A stretch of DNA of 64,000 nt, taken from assembly GCA_021777765.1 (NCBI GenBank), contig JAJYDF010000001.1:13151-77150 (forward strand). The letters are read 5' to 3'. This stretch comes from Pseudomonadota bacterium (lineage in GTDB: Bacteria > Pseudomonadota > Gammaproteobacteria > DASZBR01). Positions 43,587 through 54,465 of the stretch are shown here, piece by piece; the first letter of the stretch is position 1, and the number at the start of each line of letters is the position of its first letter. Both the position numbers and the translations under genes were made by a program. A model generated the notes under the pieces. The model saw only the letters and a program-made list of their open reading frames with translations. It had not been told where the DNA came from and did not search any database.

Positions 43587-44711
43587 ATGTCAAAAAGAGA
43601 TTTTTACGAAGTCCTCGGTATTTCACGTAATGCGAGTGGAGATGAAATTAAAAAATCCTATAAGCGTTTAGCAATGAAATTTCATCCTGATCGTAATCCG
43701 GGTGACAAGACGGCCGAAGAAAAATTTAAAGAAATTAACGAAGCTTATCAAATATTGTCTGATAGCCAACGACGTGCAACTTATGATCAATTTGGGCATG
43801 CGGCATTCGAAGGCAGTATGGGCGGTGGCCAAGGATTTGGTGGTTTTGGTGATATCTTTGGTGATATTTTCGGCGATATTTTTGGTGGTGGACGTAGTGG
43901 CCGATCACAAGCGCAACGGGGTGCTGACTTACGTTATGATTTAGAAATTACTTTGGAACAAGCGGTTCGTGGTACACAATTAGAAATTAAAGTCCCGACA
44001 TTAGTGCAGTGTAATTCCTGTCACGGTTCTGGTGCGAAAAAAGGAACTCATCCGAGTAGTTGTAATACTTGTGGTGGTGCGGGGCAAGTACGCATTCAAC
44101 AAGGTTTTTTTGCTATTCAACAAACCTGTCCTCACTGTAGAGGTACTGGACAAATCATTGCTCATCCCTGTCCTGATTGCCGTGGTCATGGCCGACGTCA
44201 AGAACATAAAGCACTGGCGGTCAATATTCCAGCGGGTGTTGATAATGGTGACCGTGTCAGATTGGTTGGTGAAGGTGAGGCGGGAATGCATGGTGCGCCT
44301 GGTGGTGATTTGTATGTTCAAATTGTTGTTAAAGAACATGCTATTTTCACCAGAGAAGAAAATGATTTATTTTGCGATGTGCCTATTAGTTTTGCCATTG
44401 CTGCATTAGGTGGAGAGTTAGATGTACCGACTTTAGAGGGTGCTATTAAATTAAAAATTCCACCTGAAACACAAAGCGGCAAATTATTTCGAATTCGTGG
44501 TAAAGGTGTTAAATCGGTACGAAGTCATAGCCTGGGTGATTTATTATGCCGAGTGATTGTTGAAACACCTGTGCATCTTTCGGCTAAACAAAAAGAATTA
44601 TTGCAACACTTTGAAAATGAGATTAATCATAATAAGAATTCACATAATCCTAAAGCAGGATCATGGTTTGAGGGCGTGAAGAAATTTTTTGAAACAATGA
44701 AATCATCTTAA
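43587..44711 (+). CDS. dnaJ: Chaperone DnaJ
   Basis: Start is [11 protein letters not shown] (ATG 43587). J-domain HPD, G/F region, four CxxCxGxG zinc-finger repeats. Confidence 0.93.
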   Translation: MSKRDFYEVLGISRNASGDEIKKSYKRLAMKFHPDRNPGDKTAEEKFKEINEAYQILSDSQRRATYDQFGHAAFEGSMGGGQGFGGFGDIFGDIFGDIFGGGRSGRSQAQRGADLRYDLEITLEQAVRGTQLEIKVPTLVQCNSCHGSGAKKGTHPSSCNTCGGAGQVRIQQGFFAIQQTCPHCRGTGQIIAHPCPDCRGHGRRQEHKALAVNIPAGVDNGDRVRLVGEGEAGMHGAPGGDLYVQIVVKEHAIFTREENDLFCDVPISFAIAALGGELDVPTLEGAIKLKIPPETQSGKLFRIRGKGVKSVRSHSLGDLLCRVIVETPVHLSAKQKELLQHFENEINHNKNSHNPKAGSWFEGVKKFFETMKSS

Positions 44712-44735
44712 TGATTTTATAAAATGAGGAACATT

Positions 44736-45212
44736 ATGAATAAAATTCCAATGACAGCTATTGGCGCTAAATTATTACAAGATGAATTACAACGTTTAAA
44801 ATCTGTTGAGCGGCCTGAAATTATTAAAGCAATTTCGGAAGCTCGTGCGCATGGCGATTTAAAAGAAAATGCAGAATATCATGCTGCGAAAGAACGTCAG
44901 AGTTTTATTGAAGGTAGAATTGTTGAAGTTGAAAGTAAATTATCTCATGCACAAATCATTGATGTCACAGTGATAAATAATATCGGTAAAGTTATTTTCG
45001 GTGCTACAGTCAGTTTACTTAATGTGTCGAACGAAGAAACAATAAAATATCAAATTGTCGGTGAGGATGAAGCCGATGTGAAAGCAGCAAAAATCTCAGT
45101 TAATTCGCCTATTGCACGTGCTTTAATTGGTAAAGAACTGGGTGATGTAATTACCGTGCAAGCACCATCTGGGGCTGTAGATTATGAAATAACTGAAGTT
45201 GAATATATTTAA
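44736..45212 (+). CDS. greA: Transcription elongation factor GreA
   Basis: '[22 protein letters not shown]...[18 protein letters not shown]'. Start is taken at MNKIP. Confidence 0.85.
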   Translation: MNKIPMTAIGAKLLQDELQRLKSVERPEIIKAISEARAHGDLKENAEYHAAKERQSFIEGRIVEVESKLSHAQIIDVTVINNIGKVIFGATVSLLNVSNEETIKYQIVGEDEADVKAAKISVNSPIARALIGKELGDVITVQAPSGAVDYEITEVEYI

Positions 45213-45268
45213 ACAAGGCTTTTTGCGAAAGAAGTAAAAGAAAAAATAGCTTTGGTTAATTAAGCAAA

Positions 45269-45541
45269 TTAATTTAACTTCTTTCGATAAATAACAATGA
45301 TATGCCCTATTGTTTGAATTAATTCTGCCTGTTGTACACGACAAATTTCTTCAGTCATAGATTTTCTATCGTCACGGTCAAGTGCGTTGACACGAATTTT
45401 TAATAATTCATGCGCTTCTAATGCATTATTAATTTCCGCTTGCACTGCTGCCGTTAAGCCATGACTACCAATAATGATAATTGGTTTTAAAACATGTGCT
45501 TTTGCGCGTAGACTTTGTTTTTGTGCTGAAGATATTTTCAT
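45269..45541 (-). CDS. yhbY: RNA-binding protein YhbY (CRM domain)
   Basis: 'KQSLRAKAHVLKPIIIIGSHGLT...ELLKIRV' aligns with E. coli YhbY. Conserved yhbY-rlmE-ftsH synteny. Confidence 0.75.
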   Translation of the reverse strand: MKISSAQKQSLRAKAHVLKPIIIIGSHGLTAAVQAEINNALEAHELLKIRVNALDRDDRKSMTEEICRVQQAELIQTIGHIIVIYRKKLN

Positions 45542-45626
45542 AAGTAGGTTCGACCATTTTGAATATAAAAAAATATTATATCTCATTATTAAATCAATAA
45601 AAGGATTAATAAAGGTTAATTAATTC

Positions 45627-46253
45627 ATGTCACGTTCAAAAAGTAGTCATCGCTGGTTGCAAGAACATTTTAAAGATCCTTATGTTAAGCGTGCGCAACA
45701 ACAAGGATATCGTTCTCGTGCTGCTTATAAATTATTAGAATTGCAACAGCGTGATAAATTAATTAAACCAGGCATGACAGTGGTAGATTTAGGCGCTTCC
45801 CCGGGTGGTTGGACACAAGTAGTTGGTCAGCTTGTAGGAGAGAAAGGCCGCATTATTGCATTAGATATATTACCAATGACACCGATAGCTGGGGTTTTAT
45901 TTATACAAGGTGATTTTCGAGAGCCTGAAATAAATAACCAGTTATTGCATGAAATTGGATCAGATGGTGTAGACCTTGTTATTTCAGATATGTCTCCCAA
46001 TATCAGTGGTGTGGGTAGTGTCGATCAACCGCGCATGATTTATTTAGCAGAATTAACTTTAGAGATGGCAAAACAAGTATTAAAACCCGGTGGCACATTA
46101 TTATTAAAAATATTTCAAGGAACTGGTTTTGATGCATTTTTGCAAGAGCTACGGCGACATTTTAAGCCAGTGTTAATTCGTAAACCCGATGCGTCGCGAT
46201 CACGATCTGCAGAAGTTTATCTGCTTGCAAAAAACTATATGGTACAATCTTAG
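45627..46253 (+). CDS. rlmE: 23S rRNA (uridine2552-2'-O)-methyltransferase RlmE/FtsJ
   Basis: '[15 protein letters not shown]', SAM motif '[13 protein letters not shown]', '[10 protein letters not shown]'. Confidence 0.9.
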   Translation: MSRSKSSHRWLQEHFKDPYVKRAQQQGYRSRAAYKLLELQQRDKLIKPGMTVVDLGASPGGWTQVVGQLVGEKGRIIALDILPMTPIAGVLFIQGDFREPEINNQLLHEIGSDGVDLVISDMSPNISGVGSVDQPRMIYLAELTLEMAKQVLKPGGTLLLKIFQGTGFDAFLQELRRHFKPVLIRKPDASRSRSAEVYLLAKNYMVQS

Positions 46254-46399
46254 TTTCATCTCTCAACAAACGAGAAAGGCTACGTTATACTATAATATTT
46301 AAATAGAGAAATAATAATTTATACGATAAATAATTAATTGAAACCTGTTTCCAATATGCGATTATTTTCAGATTAAAAGGGGTTTAAACCTTGAGCGAC

Positions 46400-48334
46400 A
46401 TGATTAAAAATTTAGTATTATGGGTGATTATCGCAATAATTCTTATTTCGGTATTCAATTCATTCGGCCCACGTGAAACAGCCGAACAAAAACTGAGTTA
46501 TTCCGATTTTTTACACCAAGTCGACCAAGGTAATGTGTCATCAGTTACCATCGATGAGCGTAATATTCATGGTGTAATGTCTAATGATAAAACATTCAGT
46601 ACTTACATGCCCGTCGAAGATCAGTATCTATTAAGTGATTTAATCAAAAAAAATGTCACGGTTAATGGACAACCTCCTGAACAAGAAAGTCTTTTAATGC
46701 ATATTTTTATCAGTTGGTTCCCTATGTTCTTGCTGATCGGGTTGTGGATATTTTTCATGCGGCAAATGCAAGGTGGAGGGGGACGCGGTGCGTTGTCATT
46801 TGGTCGTAGTCGCGCCCGATTGATGGGTGAAGATCAAGTTAAAGTGACATTTGCTGATGTTGCTGGTGTAGAAGAAGCAAAAGAAGAAGTTAAAGAATTA
46901 GTCGACTTTTTACGTGATCCCGGTAAGTTCCAAAAATTAGGTGGAAAAATTCCTAGAGGCGTATTACTGATTGGTTCGCCAGGAACCGGTAAAACATTGC
47001 TTGCGCGAGCTGTTGCTGGTGAAGCCAAAGTACCCTTTTTTACCATCTCAGGTTCTGATTTCGTTGAAATGTTCGTGGGCGTGGGCGCATCACGCGTACG
47101 CGACATGTTTGAACAAGCTAAAAAACAAGCACCCTGCATTATTTTTATCGATGAAATTGATGCGGTGGGCCGTCATAGAGGTGCTGGATTAGGTGGCGGG
47201 CACGATGAACGTGAACAAACGCTTAATCAATTATTAGTTGAAATGGATGGATTTGAAGGCAATGAGGGAGTTATTGTCGTTGCAGCAACTAACCGTCCAG
47301 ATGTATTAGATCCAGCGCTATTACGTCCGGGCCGATTTGATAGACAAGTTGTTGTAGGATTACCTGACGTACGAGGTAGAGAACAAATATTAAAAGTGCA
47401 TATGCGTAAAGTTCCTGTAGCTGATGATGTTGACCCGATGATTATTGCACGGGGTACCCCAGGATTTTCAGGTGCTGATTTAGCTAATTTAGTTAACGAA
47501 GCAGCATTGTTCGCTGCACGTGCCAATAAAGCAATTGTTGATATGACCCAATTTGAAAAAGCCAAAGATAAAATAATGATGGGTGCAGAACGCAGTTCAA
47601 TGGTCATGAGCGAAAAAGAAAAAGAATTAACAGCTTATCATGAGGCCGGCCATGCCATTGTGGGGCGCTTAGTACCTGATCATGATCCTGTTTATAAAGT
47701 GAGTATTATTCCCAGAGGTCGGGCTTTAGGTGTGACGATGTTTTTACCTGAAGAAGACCGATACAGTTTTACGCGGCAACGTTTAGAAAGTCAAATATCC
47801 AGTTTATTTGGTGGACGAATTTCAGAAGAAATTATTTTTGGTATGGAACAAGTGACCACTGGTGCTTCCAATGATATTCAACGTGCTACTGAATTAGCGC
47901 GAAATATGGTTACTAAATGGGGCTTGTCAGAAAAATTAGGTCCGCTAATGTATGGTGAAGACGATGGTGAAGTATTCTTGGGCCATTCTGTTACGAAGCG
48001 TAAGGAAGTGTCTGAAGGTACAGCGAGTATTATTGATCAAGAAGTCCGTGCAATTATTGATCGAAATTATCATCGTGCAATGCAATTATTGAAAGATAAT
48101 TTAGATAAATTACACATGATGGCACAAGCATTAATTAAATATGAAACCATAGATAGTGATCAAATCGATTCTATTATGAGCGGTAAAGAACCTGGTCCTC
48201 CTAAGGATTGGGCAACCGACGATAAATCCCAACGGAAATTTACGCAAGTTGATGGCGCACCCATAGTACCCAATGTTACTACTGAACCTAATCCGGGCGT
48301 AACCCAACAAGGCGCGACCGGCAAGGATTCATAA
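46400..48334 (+). CDS. ftsH: ATP-dependent zinc metalloprotease FtsH
   Basis: '[22 protein letters not shown]' matches the E. coli FtsH N-terminus; Walker A 'GSPGTGKT'; HEAGH zinc motif. The ORF-track start at TTG 46391 is rejected. Confidence 0.93.
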   Translation: MIKNLVLWVIIAIILISVFNSFGPRETAEQKLSYSDFLHQVDQGNVSSVTIDERNIHGVMSNDKTFSTYMPVEDQYLLSDLIKKNVTVNGQPPEQESLLMHIFISWFPMFLLIGLWIFFMRQMQGGGGRGALSFGRSRARLMGEDQVKVTFADVAGVEEAKEEVKELVDFLRDPGKFQKLGGKIPRGVLLIGSPGTGKTLLARAVAGEAKVPFFTISGSDFVEMFVGVGASRVRDMFEQAKKQAPCIIFIDEIDAVGRHRGAGLGGGHDEREQTLNQLLVEMDGFEGNEGVIVVAATNRPDVLDPALLRPGRFDRQVVVGLPDVRGREQILKVHMRKVPVADDVDPMIIARGTPGFSGADLANLVNEAALFAARANKAIVDMTQFEKAKDKIMMGAERSSMVMSEKEKELTAYHEAGHAIVGRLVPDHDPVYKVSIIPRGRALGVTMFLPEEDRYSFTRQRLESQISSLFGGRISEEIIFGMEQVTTGASNDIQRATELARNMVTKWGLSEKLGPLMYGEDDGEVFLGHSVTKRKEVSEGTASIIDQEVRAIIDRNYHRAMQLLKDNLDKLHMMAQALIKYETIDSDQIDSIMSGKEPGPPKDWATDDKSQRKFTQVDGAPIVPNVTTEPNPGVTQQGATGKDS

Positions 48335-48337
48335 AGA

Positions 48338-49681
48338 ATGTCCATAGAAAAAAAATATTTTGGTACAGATGGTATCCGTGGTCGCGTCGGTGAATATCCT
48401 ATTACTGCAGAATTTGTATTAAAACTGGGCTGGGCAGTTGGCCGGGTTTTAGTAGGTAAAGGTGGCAGTAACAAAGTCCTCATTGGTAAAGACACCAGAA
48501 TCTCCGGTTATATGTTCGAATCAGCATTAGAAGCTGGTTTATCTTCTGCTGGCGTTGATATTCATCTATTAGGGCCCATGCCTACTCCAGCAATTGCCTA
48601 TCTCACCCGGACGCAACGTGCCCAAGCTGGGATTGTGATTAGCGCATCACATAATCCTTATTTCGATAACGGCATTAAATTTTTTTCTGATCAAGGCACT
48701 AAATTGCCAGATGAATTAGAAATTGCCATTGAAAAACAGTTAGAAGAACCGATGACTACGGTAGATTCTGCAAAATTAGGCCGTGCAACGCGTATTGTTG
48801 ATGCGCCAGGACGCTATATTGAATTTTGTAAAAGCACGCTACCTTCACAGGTTACTTTAAAAGGCTTAAAAATTATTGTTGATTGTGCCAATGGCGCAAC
48901 GTATCACATTGCTCCCGATGTTTTTCGTGAATTAGGTGCTGAAGTGCTAGAAATTTCAGTGAATCCTGATGGTTTTAATATTAACGAGAATTGTGGCTCG
49001 ACCAAACCCAACGTATTACAAAAAATCGTTTTAGCAGAACAAGCTGATTTAGGCATCGCATTAGATGGGGATGGTGATCGCGTGATCATGGTCGATCATA
49101 CTGGTGTCGTGGTTGATGGCGACGAACTGTTATTTATTATTGCAAAACATTGCTTAGCAACTGGCCGAATGCAAGGTGGCGTAGTAGGCACTGAAATGAG
49201 TAATTTAGGATTGGAATTGTCGTTAAGACAACTGGGTATTGATTTTATTCGCGCTAAAGTGGGCGATAGACATGTTCTTTCCGAGCTAAAGAAATTGGGT
49301 TGGTTACTCGGCGGTGAAACTTCAGGACATGTTGTTTGGTTAAGTGCTACAACTACTGGTGACGGTATTATTTCGGCCTTGCAAGTATTGGCATCAATAT
49401 ATCACACCGGTTTATCGTTACATATTTTGAAACAAGGTATGATGAAATATCCACAAGTAATGCTTAATCTCCCATTAAATGGTGATGACGACATATTACA
49501 ACGCCCTCAGGTCCAAACCGCAGTAAGAGAAGCAAGAGAAGTATTAAATGGCAAAGGAAGAGTGTTATTGCGACCTTCAGGAACTGAACCTTTATTGCGC
49601 ATTATGGTTGAAGGTGAGGATCAAATGCAGGTTAAACAATTAGCACAATCTTTGGCTGATAAAATTCAGAGTTTTATTTAA
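48338..49681 (+). CDS. glmM: Phosphoglucosamine mutase GlmM
   Basis: 'YFGTDGIRG', active-site 'ISASHNP', 'GDGDR'. Confidence 0.9.
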   Translation: MSIEKKYFGTDGIRGRVGEYPITAEFVLKLGWAVGRVLVGKGGSNKVLIGKDTRISGYMFESALEAGLSSAGVDIHLLGPMPTPAIAYLTRTQRAQAGIVISASHNPYFDNGIKFFSDQGTKLPDELEIAIEKQLEEPMTTVDSAKLGRATRIVDAPGRYIEFCKSTLPSQVTLKGLKIIVDCANGATYHIAPDVFRELGAEVLEISVNPDGFNINENCGSTKPNVLQKIVLAEQADLGIALDGDGDRVIMVDHTGVVVDGDELLFIIAKHCLATGRMQGGVVGTEMSNLGLELSLRQLGIDFIRAKVGDRHVLSELKKLGWLLGGETSGHVVWLSATTTGDGIISALQVLASIYHTGLSLHILKQGMMKYPQVMLNLPLNGDDDILQRPQVQTAVREAREVLNGKGRVLLRPSGTEPLLRIMVEGEDQMQVKQLAQSLADKIQSFI

Positions 49682-49727
49682 GTCAGAATCCCATCGCTGT
49701 TAAATATTCCATTAGCAATAATTTTTT

Positions 49728-49777
49728 TCCTTCTCCCGCTAGCGGGAGAAGGTGCCGAAGGCGGATGAGGGTGGTTT
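49728..49777. repeat. REP-like palindromic element (TTCCTTCTCCCGCTAGCGGGAGAAGGTGCCGAAGGCGGATGAGGGTGGTT)
   Basis: Third near-identical copy, downstream of glmM. Confidence 0.65.
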
Positions 49778-49820
49778 GATTTACAGAAACGTAATTAATT
49801 TAAATGTTTATTGAATTCAT

Positions 49821-50369
49821 ATGAAAAGATGCAGCTGGTGTAACGAAAATCCTTTATATATTACATACCATGATAATGAATGGGGCATCCCCTTACATGA
49901 TGATCAAAAATTATTCGAATTATTAATGTTAGAAGGAATGCAAGCGGGATTAAGTTGGTTGACAATTCTCAAAAAGCGAGAAAATTTCCGCAAAGCGTTT
50001 GATAAATTTGATGCCAAGAAAATTGCGCGATATGACATTAAAAAAATAAATATGTTACTCAATGACACAGGCATCATTCGCAATCGTTTGAAAATTGCAG
50101 CAGTTATCAATAATGCACGCGCTTATTTAGAAATTTTAGAAGAAAGACAAAAATTCAATAAATATATTTGGCAGTTCGCACCAGACAATAAAAAAATACG
50201 ATCATCAACTCATCAAATTATCACGAGAACATCAGAATCAGATGCTATGTCTAAAGATTTACAAAAGCGTGGTTTTAAATTCGTAGGTACTACGATTTGT
50301 TATGCTTTTATGCAAGCATCTGGTATGGTAAACGATCACGAAGAAGAATGTTTCAAGTATCAGAATTGA
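49821..50369 (+). CDS. tag: DNA-3-methyladenine glycosylase I (Tag)
   Basis: 'CSWC...PLYITYHDNEWG', Zn-binding Cys/His, 'LMLEGMQAGLSWLTIL'. Confidence 0.8.
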   Translation: MKRCSWCNENPLYITYHDNEWGIPLHDDQKLFELLMLEGMQAGLSWLTILKKRENFRKAFDKFDAKKIARYDIKKINMLLNDTGIIRNRLKIAAVINNARAYLEILEERQKFNKYIWQFAPDNKKIRSSTHQIITRTSESDAMSKDLQKRGFKFVGTTICYAFMQASGMVNDHEEECFKYQN

Positions 50370-50370
50370 T

Positions 50371-51753
50371 TTACTTGCGTACCATTTTCACGCAAGCTCT
50401 CATAAATTCATTTTTATAAGCAATTTCACAATTACGAGGATACTTACGCCATTTTTGCATTACAGGATCGTCTGCCAATGCAACTGCTGAAGGAATTAAT
50501 TCACCATATTTATCTTTGTCAGCATGATAAAAAGAATAATTAATGTGTGTTAATTTTGAAAATGCAGTGTCTATTAAATTAATATCATTTTGTGAAATAA
50601 GTTGAATTAATTGATTAAGTAAATATTTAGTATCGCGTGTATTGTCGATAATACTGCTTGACGTTTCAGGTTTAATTCTGGATGTAGGCGTTCCTGGCAT
50701 TTGCATGGGAATATAAAACGGGCGTTTCAATTTTTCATTAAAAATTTCAGGCACCATAATGATGGGCGCGTGTTTTTTTAAGCCATAAATATCCATGAAA
50801 ATAGATGTAAGAGAATTAAAAGGTCCGGCAGTTTCGTCGTTGTCAAAAGGCGCATATACTATTTCTTGATTTAAACTGGCTTCGATAATATATCGCACCA
50901 TTGATAATACGAATCGGTTTACTTTTTTGTTTCTAATATCATTGATAAATAAATCCCAAATTTGATTCATGGTTGCGATATTTCTGGCATAAGCGGATCT
51001 TTTCCATTGTCTTTCTATTAAGCATAATTTAAATAATTTCCACGCATTATCATCACGGTGTTCTAGCCATTTTGATGAGAATATTAATAATTCGGTATAC
51101 CATTCTTGGGGAAAATATTTATTAGTAGCGAGATCAACAAATAAACGCCAGTGATCTTGCTGGTTTAACGGTTTATCTGATTTTAAATTAAAGTGTCTTT
51201 GTAAACGTAAAAAAGATGCTTCATCAGAAATACTGGGCAACATAACAGGTGTGCGTGCGCCAGAGGTTAACCGCCAAATAGATCGCGCATCATAAGACAC
51301 ATCGATATTCATTGGATCGCCCAAAGTTACGATATCTCCAGTGGAATATAATCCTTCCGTAAAGACGCCATTTTGTTTTGTTTCACTAAAGAGATGGACT
51401 TGTCCAAGTAATACCAAACAAAGCGGTATTGAAAATTGATTGTATCCTATTTGATCAATGATCGATGATGAAATATCTTTTTTGTTGTTAATAGGGATTA
51501 ATTGCCGATCGTTAATTGGGATATTAAAAATACCTTTTTGACCAATAATATGAGCGCCATAGGGATAACGTATTTTATAAAGTTTATAGCTTTTGTCAGG
51601 ATTTAACTGTTCAACAACTTTATAAATATCCGGCGCAATTATTTTTATTTGATCGCGAATTTCTTGCCAGCTCATTATTTCTAATAACGCTACATTTTTT
51701 TTATTGGCGGAAAATCTATTTATTTTAACTGGTTTACGTAATGAGAAAGTCAT
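50371..51753 (-). CDS. Hypothetical protein (460 aa), no recognisable domain; first gene of the AT-rich island
   Basis: Clean ORF; no motif identified. Confidence 0.35.
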   Translation of the reverse strand: MTFSLRKPVKINRFSANKKNVALLEIMSWQEIRDQIKIIAPDIYKVVEQLNPDKSYKLYKIRYPYGAHIIGQKGIFNIPINDRQLIPINNKKDISSSIIDQIGYNQFSIPLCLVLLGQVHLFSETKQNGVFTEGLYSTGDIVTLGDPMNIDVSYDARSIWRLTSGARTPVMLPSISDEASFLRLQRHFNLKSDKPLNQQDHWRLFVDLATNKYFPQEWYTELLIFSSKWLEHRDDNAWKLFKLCLIERQWKRSAYARNIATMNQIWDLFINDIRNKKVNRFVLSMVRYIIEASLNQEIVYAPFDNDETAGPFNSLTSIFMDIYGLKKHAPIIMVPEIFNEKLKRPFYIPMQMPGTPTSRIKPETSSSIIDNTRDTKYLLNQLIQLISQNDINLIDTAFSKLTHINYSFYHADKDKYGELIPSAVALADDPVMQKWRKYPRNCEIAYKNEFMRACVKMVRK

Positions 51754-52074
51754 ATTTTTTTTCCATAAGATGATATGAGGCGCCTATTCGACCACAACAA
51801 TCCTCATAAAAATTTATCTATCAATTTCCATATTTTTTTAACGTTATACGATAAATAATTTTTAAAAAAAATACACCTGTACAAATTTACCCCCTAAATT
51901 TCACATGCTCAATTGTACCTAGTGAATTTTGGTATTTTCATTCCTTTTTTGGATGTATAGGATTGCACAAATTAAAAATAATACTAAATTTTTTTTTCAA
52001 GCATAAGTAACATTTTGTAAGAGAATTGCTGAGGGGTATTCAATTTAATATGACAATTTTTTTAAGGATTATTT

Positions 52075-53418
52075 ATGAAAACGATTAACTATAAAATTAT
52101 AATTATTGAAACTTCTGACGTTGGTGCGGCGTATACTGCGGAAGCTGTTAAACGACTTGGATATCAACCAATTTTTATTTGTACGATGTCTAATTATCAA
52201 TCAGATACATACAATCAAATTATTAAATACACTTATTATGATTGTAATGACACTACACAAATTGAACCAATAGTTAAAGTTATAGAAAGCAATGATATTG
52301 AAGATATAGTCGGTGTTATCACTATGTTAGATAGTCGACTGAGTGTCAGTTTCGATCTGGCAAGATATTTCAATGTGCCCGGGGTTGATCCAGCTGTCAA
52401 GACCCTTTGTGATAAAGGAAAAGTTGCGAGATTAATACCAGAATATAGTCCTAAAACGATTAGTTTTAGAATTGGTGATGTGCCTTTTAATGATTTAGAG
52501 AATGTATTAGCGAATTGTACTAGGCTTGTATTCAAACCTACTTGTTCAGCTGGTGCTTTAGGAATGTTTACAATTACTACTAGCGATCAATTAAAAAATA
52601 TTATAGACATAATAAAAAACACTAGCATTGATAAATTAATAAATGGAGAGTGGATTGCACAACCTTTTTTACCAGGCAGACTTTTTAGTTTAGAAGGTTA
52701 TGCGCTCAATGGAAAAGCTCGTTTTATTGGTTTTTCTGCAAGACAAAAAATAGATAATACGGAATCTGTTAATCATTTTCCTGCAAATGACTTTTTAAAT
52801 GAAAAAGTAATAGCAAATACTTATCAAGCTATTAATGATCTCATATCTCGTTCAAATTTTCAAAATGGATATTTCCATACAGAATTTATGATAGATTTTG
52901 ATAGGTATTATCTTATTGATGCTAATTTCGGTAGAATCGGCGGTGGCGCCGTTGCTCAACAAGCAGCTCTTTCGTATGATAAAAATCCTATTGATATTTA
53001 TAATCATATTCTTGAAATTACTTTATTCAAACGAACATCTCTCGATATATACCAAAACATCCCCTTAAGAACATTATCTGTAAATTATGGCGTACCAGAA
53101 AATGCAATTCTTAGTAAAGTAAATTTGCCAAATAATTTACGTGTTTTGCATACACAAATTCTAAATAGCGGAACATTAGTCCCGAAAATGGGACTTAATA
53201 ATTGGTCATGGTTGGGAATATTAGTGGGATATCCTAAAGAACTTTTAAAATTTTTAGAGTCAGTAAAAATAGTTACAGATAAAGGTGAATTTGAACCATG
53301 TTTTCTAAAAAATGGGATTGCTGAACTCGATAAATTAGTACAGACAGAAGTAATAGAAAACAATTCCTTAGACAAAAAAGATGAACAAAGAGTGCGCTTA
53401 AATGCGATAAAAAAATAA
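52075..53418 (+). CDS. ATP-grasp family ligase
   Basis: Pre-ATP-grasp N-domain 'IIIIETSDVGAAYTAEAVKRLGYQPIFI'; central 'LVFKPTCSAGALGMF'; C-terminal Mg/ATP site 'YFHTEFMIDFDRYYLIDANFGRIGGG'. Confidence 0.6.
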   Translation: MKTINYKIIIIETSDVGAAYTAEAVKRLGYQPIFICTMSNYQSDTYNQIIKYTYYDCNDTTQIEPIVKVIESNDIEDIVGVITMLDSRLSVSFDLARYFNVPGVDPAVKTLCDKGKVARLIPEYSPKTISFRIGDVPFNDLENVLANCTRLVFKPTCSAGALGMFTITTSDQLKNIIDIIKNTSIDKLINGEWIAQPFLPGRLFSLEGYALNGKARFIGFSARQKIDNTESVNHFPANDFLNEKVIANTYQAINDLISRSNFQNGYFHTEFMIDFDRYYLIDANFGRIGGGAVAQQAALSYDKNPIDIYNHILEITLFKRTSLDIYQNIPLRTLSVNYGVPENAILSKVNLPNNLRVLHTQILNSGTLVPKMGLNNWSWLGILVGYPKELLKFLESVKIVTDKGEFEPCFLKNGIAELDKLVQTEVIENNSLDKKDEQRVRLNAIKK

Positions 53419-53440
53419 ATAATCAGAACAACGAGCATTT

Positions 53441-54388
53441 TTGATGAAGACACAAATAAGGAATAACACACATCTTTTGAAAACGGATCTAAAGTCTATT
53501 AATACGTCTAAGTTAACTAAAGATATTAATTGTTCTACTAATAAATTTTATTCTTTATGGGCTAGCTTAATAGCTGTTGTTATATGGGCGCTTTTACCTG
53601 TCTTAGTTAAGTTGGTTGTAGTAAACGAGGATATTAGTTCATTTTTGGCGCAACGATTTTTATTTTCAACAATTTTATTCTGTTGGTTAATCCCGAAAAG
53701 CTTAAATAAACTGAGACGATTACAATTTTATAAGGCATGTTATTTTATTTTAATCATCAGCGGAAACTATTATTTACAAACATATGCACTTCGTCAGGTA
53801 CCAGCCAGTTGGTACATTATTGTATATGCGCTTAACCCAATACTAACTTTGTTGTTTATACGTCATAGATTTGTAGCTTCAACATATGCAGGTTTAGCGT
53901 TGGCGTTGCTAGGTATATATCTGTTTTATTATGAGCGCGCTGAATTAATATCGACTATTAAGCCTATCACTCTAGTAATTCTTCTGAGCGGGATGTTTAC
54001 ATGGTCACTATATGTTGTATTAATTAAAGAATTACATGGTGTTTATTCAGATATAGAGATAGTAACCTTAACAAATTTATTTGCATTTTTAACTAGCATA
54101 TGCATATGGATTGCTACTGGTGCAATAATTAGCAGAGTTAATACATCTCAATTAATCTTAACAATAGCTATTGGATTAATAGTTCCCGTTGCGTATTTTT
54201 TATTTTCATATGGCCTTCGAAGATTTCAAGTGTTTAGTATCAACATCCAGTATTTAGAGCCAATTATTTCTTTGTATTTTGCTAGCCTCATTCTGCATGA
54301 AAATATAAATAAAATACAATATTTTGCCGGAATTATTGTATTAATTGGAACGCTTATAGGGAGCGGTATTTTTATAAAAAGAGCGTAA
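53441..54388 (+). CDS. EamA/DMT-superfamily transporter (10 TM)
   Basis: Two EamA-like halves; 'WASLIAVVIWALLPVLVKLVV'; hydrophobic throughout. Confidence 0.55.
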   Translation: MMKTQIRNNTHLLKTDLKSINTSKLTKDINCSTNKFYSLWASLIAVVIWALLPVLVKLVVVNEDISSFLAQRFLFSTILFCWLIPKSLNKLRRLQFYKACYFILIISGNYYLQTYALRQVPASWYIIVYALNPILTLLFIRHRFVASTYAGLALALLGIYLFYYERAELISTIKPITLVILLSGMFTWSLYVVLIKELHGVYSDIEIVTLTNLFAFLTSICIWIATGAIISRVNTSQLILTIAIGLIVPVAYFLFSYGLRRFQVFSINIQYLEPIISLYFASLILHENINKIQYFAGIIVLIGTLIGSGIFIKRA

Positions 54389-54465
54389 TTGTGTTGGATT
54401 TATACATATGTGGAAATATCACATGTTTATTTTAAAAATGGTTGGTTATTTAAGGGGTATATAAA

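Noticed and set aside
42813..44409. Antisense and alternate-frame ORFs inside dnaK and dnaJ
   Set aside because: They lie within conserved chaperone genes and have no independent signals.
46391..46399. TTG start for ftsH at 46391
   Set aside because: The ATG at 46400 gives MIKNLVLW..., matching the conserved FtsH N-terminus.
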